NCBI GenBank assembly: GCA_963706955.1
Contig: CAVPOC010000003.1
Location: 288,001-352,000, forward strand
Direction of reading: 5' to 3'
Origin: an uncultured Verrucomicrobiae bacterium
Lineage (GTDB): Bacteria; Verrucomicrobiota; Verrucomicrobiia; Chthoniobacterales; Terrimicrobiaceae
DNA length: 64,000 nt
How positions within the stretch are numbered: the first letter of the stretch is position 1; each line of letters starts with the position of its first letter. The notes under the pieces are model-generated. The model ran no database searches and was not told the origin of the DNA. It saw nothing but the letters and a program-made list of their open reading frames with translations. The position numbers were made by a program, and so were the translations under genes. Shown here piece by piece: positions 1 to 9,380 of the stretch.

Positions 1-612
1 GTCGTCATCGACGATGATGTGGCCGTCCAGGACAGCACGTGGACGGCAGGCCGCCGCGGCGTCGGAGCCACGGTGCTTGCAGAAAAGCTTTGCGGCGCGG
101 CGGCTGAAGACAGCCGTCCGCTCGACTCGCTCCGCGATCTCTGCAAACGGATAAACTCTCAGGCCCGCAGCATGGGAATGGCCCTGACATCCTGCACAGT
201 CCCCCATGTAGGGAAGCCGACGTTCGATCTACCAGAAGACGAGATGGAGCTCGGGGTGGGAATTCACGGTGAACCGGGACGAAAGCGCACCAAGTCAGCC
301 GGGGCTGATGAGATCGTCGAACTGCTCATGGAACCGATCATCAGCGACATGCCCTTCAAGTCCGGCGATGAAGTGCTGCTCTTTGTCAACGGTCTCGGCG
401 GCACGCCTTTGATCGAGCTCTTTATCATTTATCGCAAGGCCGCTGAGATTGCCCAACGCGCGGGATTGAAAATCACACGGAATTTGGTCGGCTCCTACAT
501 CACAAGTCTCGAGATGGCGGGAACATCGATAACCTTGCTGAAATTAGACGACGAATTGACCCACCTTTGGGATCTTCCCGTCCTGACACCAGCGCTCCGG
601 AAGGGGATCTGA
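1..612 (+). CDS. dhaK: Dihydroxyacetone kinase subunit DhaK (5' truncated by window edge)
   Basis: Frame open from base 1 (VVIDDDVAV). Has the Dak1 motifs [26 protein letters not shown] and TSLEMAG. Confidence 0.95.
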   Translation, partial: VVIDDDVAVQDSTWTAGRRGVGATVLAEKLCGAAAEDSRPLDSLRDLCKRINSQARSMGMALTSCTVPHVGKPTFDLPEDEMELGVGIHGEPGRKRTKSAGADEIVELLMEPIISDMPFKSGDEVLLFVNGLGGTPLIELFIIYRKAAEIAQRAGLKITRNLVGSYITSLEMAGTSITLLKLDDELTHLWDLPVLTPALRKGI

Positions 613-1247
613 TGAGTTCGATCTCCGCGGCAATCATTGAGGCATGGCTGCGACATTGCGCCGAACTCTTTGTCCAGCACAAGGATGAGCTCACCGACTT
701 GGATGCCAAGATCGGCGACGCTGATCACGGCGCGAATATGGCTCGCGGATTCGCGGCCATACCGCCCAGATTGGACGAGCTCGTCGACAAGTCGATCGGA
801 TCGCTCTTTAGAACCTGCGCCATGACGCTCATTTCTCAGGTCGGCGGGGCAAGCGGACCGCTATACGGCACGTTTTTCCTGCAGGCCTCTCGTCCCGCCA
901 ACGGCAAAACTACGCTCAGCCATGAGGAGCTCTGCGAATGTTTCGATACTGGACTCACCGGCGTGGTGAAGCTCGGCAAGGCCGTTTTGGGCGACAAGAC
1001 GATGATCGATGCGCTTACTCCGGCTCTCGTGGCCCTTCATCCCAGGAATGGGGACTCGCTCGAGGATGCCATCTCGCGAGCGGCAACCGCGGCGCGCGAA
1101 GCTGCGGAGGCGACGATCCCGTTGATCGCCAGAAAGGGCCGAGCGAGCTATCTGGGAGAGCGTAGCGTCGGGCATAAAGATCCGGGCGCCGCCTCCTCCG
1201 CCCTCCTGATCGCGGCGCTGGCCGAGGCGCTTAAAGCGACTGCCTAG
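612..1247 (+). CDS. dhaL: Dihydroxyacetone kinase ADP-binding subunit DhaL
   Basis: TGATG overlap with dhaK. Has the Dak2 motifs LDAKIGDADHG, GGASGPLYG, GDKTMIDAL and KGRASYLGERS. Confidence 0.95.
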   Translation: MSSISAAIIEAWLRHCAELFVQHKDELTDLDAKIGDADHGANMARGFAAIPPRLDELVDKSIGSLFRTCAMTLISQVGGASGPLYGTFFLQASRPANGKTTLSHEELCECFDTGLTGVVKLGKAVLGDKTMIDALTPALVALHPRNGDSLEDAISRAATAAREAAEATIPLIARKGRASYLGERSVGHKDPGAASSALLIAALAEALKATA

Positions 1248-1271
1248 GCGGTTATATACTCGGGGCGAAAC

Positions 1272-3782
1272 ATGGTTGGTCTTGTCCTTGTCTCTCACAG
1301 CCGAGCCCTGGCGACGGCCGTTCAGCAACTCGTGACTTCCATGAGCGGCTCGAATCTGCCGATTGCAATCGCCGCAGGAACCGGTCCGGAGCGTGCTGAG
1401 TTGGGCACGGACGCCACTGAGATCTTGAACGGCATCAACTCAGTAATGAGCGAAGAAGGCGTGCTCGTGTTGCTCGATATTGGAAGCGCCATCCTAAGTG
1501 CTGAAACCGCCCTCGAATTTCTCGATGAGCCGCAGCGGCAAAAGGTGCGCCTGTGCGGAGCGCCTCTTGTTGAAGGTGCTGTCGCTGGAGGCGTCCTGGC
1601 TGCTCTTGGAGCCAGCTTGGACGAGGTAAGCAGAGAAGCTCAGAAAGCCCTTCGCCGAAAGACCGAACACCTCGACGGCTCGGCCGAGGATCACGACGAC
1701 TCGCCGACGGAGGAGACAATCTCCGATGACAACCCGCTTCTCACAGCGACCGTGGTCGTGCGAAATCCTCATGGGCTGCACGCTCGCCCTGCCGCCGACC
1801 TTATTCGCCTGGCAGCCAGATTTGACTGCGAAATCCTGGTGCGCAATCTGACAAACGGCAAGGGACCTGCCTCGGCCAAGAGTATGAGCGCACTCGCCGC
1901 CATCGAGGTTCTTCAAGGTCATGAGATCGAGCTCGCCGCCCGAGGGCCAGACGCTCAGAGCGCCCTGGCCGGGCTCAAGAGCCGAATCGAGGCGGGCTTG
2001 GGAGAGGCGCTCGAATTTCCGAATCCTCGAGAAGCGGGAGTTGAGGTCCCTGTTGAACATCCCGCGACCGCCGGTCCGGTGCCCGTTTCGCCTGGCATCG
2101 CCATTGGAGCACTTTTCCTTTGGAAACTCGTGCACTCCGAGATCCCCGTTCACAAGGTTAGTGATACAAGAAGGGAGAGGGAAAAGCTCAGGCGGGCCAT
2201 CGAGGCTGCTAAAGTCGAACTGGCCCGAGACGAAACGACGCTCAGACAGTCTCTCGGAGAAGAAGAGGCGGAAATCTTCCGGGCGCAGGCGCTTATTCTC
2301 GAAGATCCAGAACTGCTGGAAGCCTCCGAGAAGGCGATCGGGGATGCGCATCAGAACGCTGCCCTCGCCTGGCAGCGCTCCTACCAGGCGGCGGCTGCTG
2401 CCTACCAAGGCTTGAGTGACGAATATCTGCGGCAACGCGCCGCGGACGTCCAGGACATTGGCCATCGCGTTCTCGAGGCGCTCGGAATTCAACGCCGCCA
2501 GGCTCCTCATCTCCCCCAACCAGGAATTCTGGTCGCGGAGGATCTGACACCCGCGCAGGTGGCCGGCCTGTCGCGGGACTCAGTGGTCGGAGTTATTTGC
2601 CTGCAAGGCGGCAGGACATCGCACGCGGCCATTCTCTTACGCGCCCGCGGCATTCCAGCAATCGCCAAGGCCAAGCCAATGTTCGATCGCGAGAGCGTCA
2701 GAACGGTAAACGGAACCACTACTGCCGCTTTCGATGGCGAGAGCGGAAAACTCTGGTTCAACCCGTCAGCCGAAGAATTGCAAGAGCTGCAGAGACGCAA
2801 GGACGCGCGTGAACAAGAGACCGCGAGAGTCGCCCACCTCAGCCATGAGCCAGCGACCACCACCGACGGCCACACCGTGAAGATATTCGCCAATCTCGGC
2901 CACGCTGCGGAGGCGCCAGATGCCTTGAGCAACGGCGCTGAGGGAGTCGGACTCTTCCGCACAGAGTTTCTTTTCCTCAATCGAAACGATATCCCGGGCG
3001 AAGAGGAGCAGTTCGCGGTCTTGCTCGCCCTTAAGGAGGCAATGGATCAAAGACCGGTGGTGATCAGAACCCTCGATATCGGCGGGGACAAGCCGGTGCC
3101 CGCGCTGAGTCTGCCAAGCGAAGCCAATCCTTTTCTTGGAGTTCGCGCCATACGGCTCTGCCTTGAGCGCCGCGAGCTCCTCCACACGCATTTACGCGCC
3201 ATCCTGCGCGCGGCTCATGGTGGCAATTTTCGCATCATGTTTCCGATGATTACCGATCCACACGAACTTCGGGAGGCAAGGGCGGAACTGGAAAGGGTTC
3301 ACGCCGCCCTCGAGAGGGAAAAGAAAACTCACGCCTGGCCAATCCCGCTGGGAATAATGATCGAGGTACCCTCCGCGGCAATCCTCATTGAGCAACTCGC
3401 GCGCAACGTGGACTTTTTTAGCATAGGAACCAACGACCTTACCCAATACATACTCGCAGCTGATCGTGGTAATCCCGGTCTGGCGCAGTTCCACGACGCG
3501 CTTCATCCCGCCGTCTTGCGCTTAGTCTCGACAATCACTAGCAGCGCGCATGAGCAGGGCAGGCCCGTAGGTGTTTGCGGCGAGGCGGCGTCCGATCCAT
3601 TAGCGGCGAGTCTATTCATCGGCCTTGGGGTTGACGAACTGAGCCTCGCTCCGCCGCTCATTCCAAAGATCAAGGAGAGCATCCGTAGAATCGCCCGAAG
3701 AGACATGGAGGCGCTCGCCGCGGAGGCACAGGAACTTGCCTCCGCCGCGGATGTGCGCGCCCTGATCAGTCGACAATTGTAA
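1272..3782 (+). CDS. dhaM: DhaM-type multiphosphoryl transfer protein: EIIA(Man-like)-HPr-complete Enzyme I fusion
   Basis: N-terminal LVSHS (EIIA His), GLHARPAA (HPr His), TSHAAIL (EI His), then the PEP-binding domain GVGLFRTEF, RTLDIGGDK, FSIGTNDL, GVCGE. Confidence 0.9.
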   Translation: MVGLVLVSHSRALATAVQQLVTSMSGSNLPIAIAAGTGPERAELGTDATEILNGINSVMSEEGVLVLLDIGSAILSAETALEFLDEPQRQKVRLCGAPLVEGAVAGGVLAALGASLDEVSREAQKALRRKTEHLDGSAEDHDDSPTEETISDDNPLLTATVVVRNPHGLHARPAADLIRLAARFDCEILVRNLTNGKGPASAKSMSALAAIEVLQGHEIELAARGPDAQSALAGLKSRIEAGLGEALEFPNPREAGVEVPVEHPATAGPVPVSPGIAIGALFLWKLVHSEIPVHKVSDTRREREKLRRAIEAAKVELARDETTLRQSLGEEEAEIFRAQALILEDPELLEASEKAIGDAHQNAALAWQRSYQAAAAAYQGLSDEYLRQRAADVQDIGHRVLEALGIQRRQAPHLPQPGILVAEDLTPAQVAGLSRDSVVGVICLQGGRTSHAAILLRARGIPAIAKAKPMFDRESVRTVNGTTTAAFDGESGKLWFNPSAEELQELQRRKDAREQETARVAHLSHEPATTTDGHTVKIFANLGHAAEAPDALSNGAEGVGLFRTEFLFLNRNDIPGEEEQFAVLLALKEAMDQRPVVIRTLDIGGDKPVPALSLPSEANPFLGVRAIRLCLERRELLHTHLRAILRAAHGGNFRIMFPMITDPHELREARAELERVHAALEREKKTHAWPIPLGIMIEVPSAAILIEQLARNVDFFSIGTNDLTQYILAADRGNPGLAQFHDALHPAVLRLVSTITSSAHEQGRPVGVCGEAASDPLAASLFIGLGVDELSLAPPLIPKIKESIRRIARRDMEALAAEAQELASAADVRALISRQL

Positions 3783-3928
3783 TGGTCAGTCCGACCTCGG
3801 CCAGGCAAGCCGGCCGAAGCGCCATGCAGCCCTCCTGAAGGTCGCTTTCGCACTTGCGAAAGGCACATCCTGGTGTCCAATGCGGTTGGAGCCGAGACTT
3901 CGCTTTCCAAGAACGAGCTATTCCTAAG

Positions 3929-4534
3929 ATGAAATCCTATGTCCTGATCGCCGCAGCGCTGATTGCGGTCTTAAACGCTCTGCTGCTGCTCCCGGTAATG
4001 GGGGTCTACACGATCCCGATCGCCGCCTTGGCGCTGCTACTGGCGATTGCAATTCTCGCACTTTCCTTGTTCGAGCGCCGCGAGACTCCTGCACCCCTGC
4101 CGCCACCGGTTGCCGCCAAGCCTCCGCCTCCGCCTCCTGAACGTCACCCCGAGGCCGAAGTCGTTGCCTTCCTTGGCTTGCTTCAGGAAAAGGGCCGCCT
4201 CGTCGATTTCCTGATGGATGATGTCTCCATCTACGACGACTCACGTGTGGGAGCGGCGGCTCGCGTTGTGCACTTCGGCTGCCGCGATGTCCTGCAAGAG
4301 CATTTCAAGATCACGCCAATTTCCGATGCAGAGGAAGGATCACAGGTGATGATCCCGGAAAACTATTCCATCGACGAATACCGGCTCATGGGAAAGATCA
4401 CTGGAAACCCGCCCTTCAGGGGAATCCTGCTCCACAAGGGTTGGAAAACGGAGTCCGTCAAACTCCCTCGCCTCATCAAGACGGAGGAAAAGCGTCTTCC
4501 GAGCATTACTCCCGCCCTGATCGAGGTCAAGTAG
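3929..4534 (+). CDS. DUF2760-family protein with N-terminal transmembrane anchor
   Basis: Two hydrophobic helices and a Pro-rich linker, then LLQEKGRLVDFL...GAAARVVH.GC...G.PPF.G.L.HKGW, typical of DUF2760. ATG at 3929 chosen. Confidence 0.75.
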   Translation: MKSYVLIAAALIAVLNALLLLPVMGVYTIPIAALALLLAIAILALSLFERRETPAPLPPPVAAKPPPPPPERHPEAEVVAFLGLLQEKGRLVDFLMDDVSIYDDSRVGAAARVVHFGCRDVLQEHFKITPISDAEEGSQVMIPENYSIDEYRLMGKITGNPPFRGILLHKGWKTESVKLPRLIKTEEKRLPSITPALIEVK

Positions 4535-4555
4535 GGCAAGGTCGGCTCTCTGGAG

Positions 4556-6394
4556 ATGAATGCACGATTTAGCCTGGGAATAGATCTGGGCACCAGCAAC
4601 AGCGCCGTCGCGGCAGATAATTTCGAGGAAGACGAAGCCAGCATCGTTGAAATCACCCAGGTTCTGCGACCGAATCAAGTCGGAGAAAGCTCGTCCCTGC
4701 CCTCTGCGCTCTACCTTCCTCATCCCGATGAGTTTCCCGCAGATGCGTTGAAGGTGCCCTGGGTAAAGGACTCGCGAACAGCCATCATCGGGCACTTTGC
4801 GCGCGAGCATGGCGCGCTTGTGCCGGATCGCCTGGTGACCTCCGCGAAATCCTGGCTCTCAAATTTTCACGTTGATCCGCGGCGTCCGGTGCTGCCGTGG
4901 AAGTCAGAGATTAACGAGCCGAAGCTCTCGGCCTTCGATTGTTCGAGACTATACCTCGAGCATTTGAAGGAGGGCTTTCTCTATGCCGAGCGACTCCAGG
5001 GTCGAAACTGGGACTTATCCGAAGGCCAGATCGTCCTCACGGTGCCGGCGTCCTTCGATGAAGTGGCCAGAAATCTGACGGCGGAAGCGGCCGAAGCGGC
5101 TGGTTTGGGAAGAGTCATCTTGCTCGAGGAGCCCCAAGCGGCCTTCTACGCCTGGACTGCACGTGCCGGCGGCTCTTGGCGCGACCAGGTGAACTCCGGC
5201 GACATCATTCTGGTCTGCGACGTCGGCGGAGGCACGGCGGACTTTAGCCTCATCGCCATCAGCGGTAAGGATGGGAATCTCGAACTCGAGCGAATCAGTG
5301 TTGGCGAGCACATTCTCCTCGGTGGCGATAACATGGATCTCGCCCTTGCCTACACCCTGCAGGCACAACTCGAAAGCACAGGCAAATCGCTCGATGCATG
5401 GCAGTTTCTGGCGCTGACCCACGCCGCCAGTCGCGCCAAGGTCGATCTGTTCAATGACGAGTCGGTTGTGCAAGCGCCGATCTCGGTCCCTTCCCGCGGT
5501 TCAAGCCTCTTTGCCAAGACGATCTCGACGACTCTCGACCGTCGGACGCTGGAACAAGTCGTTTTGGACGGTTTTTTCCCCATCACCAAGGTCACCGACC
5601 TGCCGGCCGAACGGCGCAGCGCGGGCTTGCAAGAATTTGGCCTGCCTTACGCCTCCGATCCGATCGTCAGCAAGCATCTGGCAAGATTTCTTACGCGCAG
5701 TCTGGTCAATGTTAAGGCAAGCGATTCACTGAAGGCCCTCGTTGGGTCGAGTGCAGAGGCTTCCGACTACCTTCGGCCGACGGCGGTTCTCTTCAACGGC
5801 GGGGTGTTCAACGCTGCTCCGATCCGCAAACGAGTTTTGGAACTGCTGGCCTCGTGGAATGGGGGCCCGCCTGTTCGAGAACTCGAGGGATTTCAGCCGG
5901 ATCTGGCCGTGGCAAAAGGCGCCGCGCTCTATGGACGACACCGCGCCACCGGCAAGGGAATTCGTATCAAAGCGGGCAGCGCGCGCTCCTATTACGTCGG
6001 GCTCGAATCCTCGATGCCAGCCATCCCGGGTTTTAAACCTCCTATCAAAGCGCTGTGTGTCGTTCCTCAGGGAATGGAGGAAGGCAGCGAGTTGCTTATT
6101 GAGGAAAAGGAATTTGGTTTGATGACCGGACAGCCGGCGGAGTTTCGCTTCTTTGCCTCCGAGGTGCGTAGCGGTGACACCCCTGGTCAAATTATCCCGA
6201 ATGCCGAGAGCGAGCTCGAGGAAACCAGCCGCCTCGAGTTAACCCTGCCCGCCATAGAAGGCCTGCCGGAAGGTCAACCAATTCCGGTCCAAATGAATCC
6301 CGTCGTCACTGAGCTGGGAAATCTCGAACTCTGGATGAAGCACACCGGCTCCGATCGGCGCTGGAAAGTCGAATTTCAGGTGCGGATGGAATAG
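4556..6394 (+). CDS. Divergent Hsp70 (DnaK-related) protein A, 612 aa
   Basis: Actin/Hsp70 ATPase motifs GIDLGTSN, TVPASFD, LLEEPQAAF, DVGGGTADF, LLGGDNMD and PDLAVAKGAA. Short non-canonical C-terminus. Confidence 0.9.
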   Translation: MNARFSLGIDLGTSNSAVAADNFEEDEASIVEITQVLRPNQVGESSSLPSALYLPHPDEFPADALKVPWVKDSRTAIIGHFAREHGALVPDRLVTSAKSWLSNFHVDPRRPVLPWKSEINEPKLSAFDCSRLYLEHLKEGFLYAERLQGRNWDLSEGQIVLTVPASFDEVARNLTAEAAEAAGLGRVILLEEPQAAFYAWTARAGGSWRDQVNSGDIILVCDVGGGTADFSLIAISGKDGNLELERISVGEHILLGGDNMDLALAYTLQAQLESTGKSLDAWQFLALTHAASRAKVDLFNDESVVQAPISVPSRGSSLFAKTISTTLDRRTLEQVVLDGFFPITKVTDLPAERRSAGLQEFGLPYASDPIVSKHLARFLTRSLVNVKASDSLKALVGSSAEASDYLRPTAVLFNGGVFNAAPIRKRVLELLASWNGGPPVRELEGFQPDLAVAKGAALYGRHRATGKGIRIKAGSARSYYVGLESSMPAIPGFKPPIKALCVVPQGMEEGSELLIEEKEFGLMTGQPAEFRFFASEVRSGDTPGQIIPNAESELEETSRLELTLPAIEGLPEGQPIPVQMNPVVTELGNLELWMKHTGSDRRWKVEFQVRME

Positions 6395-6400
6395 GTCGGC

Positions 6401-6462
6401 AGAGGTTGATGGTTGATTGATTGAGCTGACCCTCTCTCAACTCTCAACTTTCACCTCTCAAC
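6401..6462. repeat. Intergenic heptamer tandem repeats in imperfect inverted arrangement
   Basis: CTCTCAA CTCTCAA CTTTCAC CTCTCAA (6434-6461) faces GAGGTTG ATGGTTG ATTGATTGAG (6402-6425). Confidence 0.7.
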
Positions 6463-6470
6463 GTCATCGA

Positions 6471-9230
6471 ATGAGCAAGTTCAGCATTGGCATCGACCTC
6501 GGCACGACCAATTGTGCCATGGCCTACGTGCCACTGAACGGCACGGACTCCACCAGCGAGACGTTTCCCATCTCGCAATGGGAGACACACGGTTCCCTGA
6601 CTGAATCCCTCACTCTTCCCTCCTTTCTCTATTTGCCACGCGAGGACGAGGCCGGCCAACTGCTCGGGAAAGGGGTTGTGGGCCGGGAATGGATTGCTGG
6701 ACGCTTCGCCCGTCGGCAAGCGGCCGAATCGCCAGGGCGCGTCGCACATTCGGCCAAATCCTGGCTTTGTCATCATGCCGTCGACCGCAGCGCGCCCTTC
6801 TTGCCATGGAGATCCGACGAGATATCCGTCGAAAAGCGGATCTCTCCGATACAGGCTTCCGCGCTGTTGCTCGAGTACCTTCGGGCGGCTTGGAATGTTC
6901 GCTTCGCGGATGCCGATTTTGTCGAGCAGGAAGTGACTGTCACGGTTCCCGCATCATTCGATGCGGTCGCTCAACGCCTCACCTTGGAGGCCGCCGCCGC
7001 GGCCGGCTTCCCGAGCAACGTCCGCCTTCTCGAAGAACCGCAAGCCGCTTTTTACCGCTGGCTGGAGGAGCACCCTTCGCCGGAAGCCTTGGAATTGCCG
7101 CCGTCCGGGGTGTCTCACGTCCTCGTCGTCGATATCGGTGGAGGGACGTCCGATTTCAGTCTCTTCGAAATGTCTGCTCAGCCAGGATCAACAATTCCCC
7201 ACATCAAACGTATCGCCGTAAGCGATCACTTGCTCCTCGGAGGTGACAACATCGACCTAGCGCTGGCACACCATATCCAAGAGCAACTCGCCACTGAACT
7301 TTCTCCGACACAGTGGAATTTCTTGGTGGCGCGGTGCCGTGATTTGAAGGAGCGCTGCCTCACAGATTCGCAGCAAGATGAACAACTCCCGATCTCGATT
7401 CCGTCGCAGGGATCAAGCCTTCTGAGTAAGACTCTGAGCGCACGCGTCAGCCGCAAAGAAGTCGAGGCGCTCGTTCTCGATGGATTTTTTCCCGAGTGCG
7501 GTCCTGACGAGCGCCCTTCCCGCGTGCAGGCAGGCCTCCGAGAATGGGCCCTGCCCTATGCGCCAGACAGCGCCGTCACGCGTTACCTCGCGGACTTTCT
7601 CCGGGGCAGGCCACTGGTGAACTTCATCCTCTTCAACGGCGGATCGCTCCATGCGGAAACAGTGCGGCTGCGCCTCCAGCGGCAGGTCGGCAACTGGCAG
7701 TCAGGCAGGGAGCCCAAAATTCTCAACAACTCTGAACCTGACCTCGCCGTCGCGCGTGGCGCGGCCCGCTTCGGCAGACTTGTCCATGGGCGCGCCGAAC
7801 GCATCGAAGCGGGCGCCGCACGAGCCATCTACCTCGAAGTGCATCGGGCCGGGAACAAGGAGAGCGCAAAATCCATTCTCGTTTGCATTCTCCCCAAGGA
7901 TGCTCGCGCCGAAGAGGAGTTCAAAATTTCCCAGCCTGGGCTGGAACTGAGAATCAATCATCCGGTCCGCTTTCAACCTTATTATTCTACGCGCCATGAC
8001 GATGATAAATCGGGCGCGCTAATCCCTTGGAATGAGAGTGATTTTCAGCGCCTTCCTCCTCTACAAACGATTGCCAAGCTCGATGACCCGCGCTCTCGAA
8101 CTGATCGTGTGCCGGTTACTCTGAGCGCAAAGATGAACGAGCTCGGGCTGCTCAAGCTAGCCTGCCAAAGCGCAGATCCACGTCTCAAGCGTTCTTGGCC
8201 GCTCGAATTCAACTTACGGCAGGAGGTGACCGAAGGAGGTCGGGAGCAGAGCGCCTCGGTTGAGGACAGCGGCCTTGACGATGCGAGATTGGAATCCGCA
8301 CGCGTGCGGATGCGGTCGTTGTTCTCGCGTCCCCTGGATAAGCGCGACAAACTCAGCGCGACGAATCTGCTTAAGAATTTGGAGCAAATCCTCGCCTTGC
8401 AGAAGGCGAACTGGAATGGGGTCCTTATTCGCCACCTTTGGCAAACCTTGTCCGAGCAGATCGACCGCCGCAAAGAATCCGTTGATCACGAGGAGGCCTG
8501 GTTAATCCTGGCAGGCTTCTTTCTACGTCCAGGGTTTGGTGCAGAGGGCGACGACGCCCGCATTGACCAGCTTTGGCAAGTGAGGACGGAGGGTCTTTTC
8601 TATCCCGGAAAGCGTATCCAACTTCAGGAATATATTCTCTGGAGACGCGTCTCAGGCGGGCTAAGCCAGGCACGCCAACAAGCGGTGCTCCAGCCAGAAC
8701 TCCCAAAGCTATTCTCTCCAAAAAGCCCAAGCGCGGAGCTGATTCGTCTCGCTGGATCTCTCGAAAGAATTCCTCAAAGCGTGAAGCAGGAGATAGTGGA
8801 TCAATTCATCAACAGCGCAAAGGATCTCGCGGACAAAGAGGAGCATTGCGCGCCCTACCTGGTAGCTCTGGGGCTTCTTCTCAACCGGGCGCCGCTCTAC
8901 GCCAGCATCGAAGATGTTCTGGTTCCAGATTGCGTCGAACGCGCCTACGAGGCGCTCTGCCATCTCGATTGGGCCGAGCCGGAGTTGGTCGAAACCCAGA
9001 CGCTCTTCCTTCGTGCCGCCCGCGTTACTAATCATGCAGCCATCGATCTCCCGCGCTCACTGCGCGAGAAAATTGCTTCCAAATTGGAGAAGACTGGCGT
9101 GGCGCCGCTAAAGGTCGAGCGAATCCGGCGTTTTCTTCCCATCGAGCGCGCTGATCGCGCCAGCCTCTTTGGAGAATCTTTAACGCCCCCCGGGCTCATC
9201 CTGAGGGAGACTGGCGAAGGAGATTGCTAA
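6471..9230 (+). CDS. Divergent Hsp70 protein B with long C-terminal helical extension (DUF3731-like), ~919 aa
   Basis: Same ATPase motifs as 4556-6394 (GIDLGTTN, TVPASFD, LLEEPQAAF, DIGGGTSDF, LFNGG). C-terminal HEEAWLILAGFFLRPGFG...WRRVSGGL region. ATG at 6471. Confidence 0.85.
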   Translation: MSKFSIGIDLGTTNCAMAYVPLNGTDSTSETFPISQWETHGSLTESLTLPSFLYLPREDEAGQLLGKGVVGREWIAGRFARRQAAESPGRVAHSAKSWLCHHAVDRSAPFLPWRSDEISVEKRISPIQASALLLEYLRAAWNVRFADADFVEQEVTVTVPASFDAVAQRLTLEAAAAAGFPSNVRLLEEPQAAFYRWLEEHPSPEALELPPSGVSHVLVVDIGGGTSDFSLFEMSAQPGSTIPHIKRIAVSDHLLLGGDNIDLALAHHIQEQLATELSPTQWNFLVARCRDLKERCLTDSQQDEQLPISIPSQGSSLLSKTLSARVSRKEVEALVLDGFFPECGPDERPSRVQAGLREWALPYAPDSAVTRYLADFLRGRPLVNFILFNGGSLHAETVRLRLQRQVGNWQSGREPKILNNSEPDLAVARGAARFGRLVHGRAERIEAGAARAIYLEVHRAGNKESAKSILVCILPKDARAEEEFKISQPGLELRINHPVRFQPYYSTRHDDDKSGALIPWNESDFQRLPPLQTIAKLDDPRSRTDRVPVTLSAKMNELGLLKLACQSADPRLKRSWPLEFNLRQEVTEGGREQSASVEDSGLDDARLESARVRMRSLFSRPLDKRDKLSATNLLKNLEQILALQKANWNGVLIRHLWQTLSEQIDRRKESVDHEEAWLILAGFFLRPGFGAEGDDARIDQLWQVRTEGLFYPGKRIQLQEYILWRRVSGGLSQARQQAVLQPELPKLFSPKSPSAELIRLAGSLERIPQSVKQEIVDQFINSAKDLADKEEHCAPYLVALGLLLNRAPLYASIEDVLVPDCVERAYEALCHLDWAEPELVETQTLFLRAARVTNHAAIDLPRSLREKIASKLEKTGVAPLKVERIRRFLPIERADRASLFGESLTPPGLILRETGEGDC

Positions 9231-9380
9231 ACGGCGATTTTGCGCCACCGTGCTGCTGCAAATTTATTTCCAGAGTGAGAGAGAGGCGATAATCGGGTCC
9301 GCGCTTCACAGACTCGAATTCACAATTGGGGATTTTGCTTCCGTTTGGCCAAAGTTCGAGAAAGACTTTCCGTCAGCCTT

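Noticed and set aside
1494..2519. Long antisense ORFs (also 26894-27766, 40972-41904, 55931-56839 and others)
   Set aside because: They largely overlap well-supported genes on the opposite strand, which is expected in GC-rich DNA, and have no recognisable motifs.
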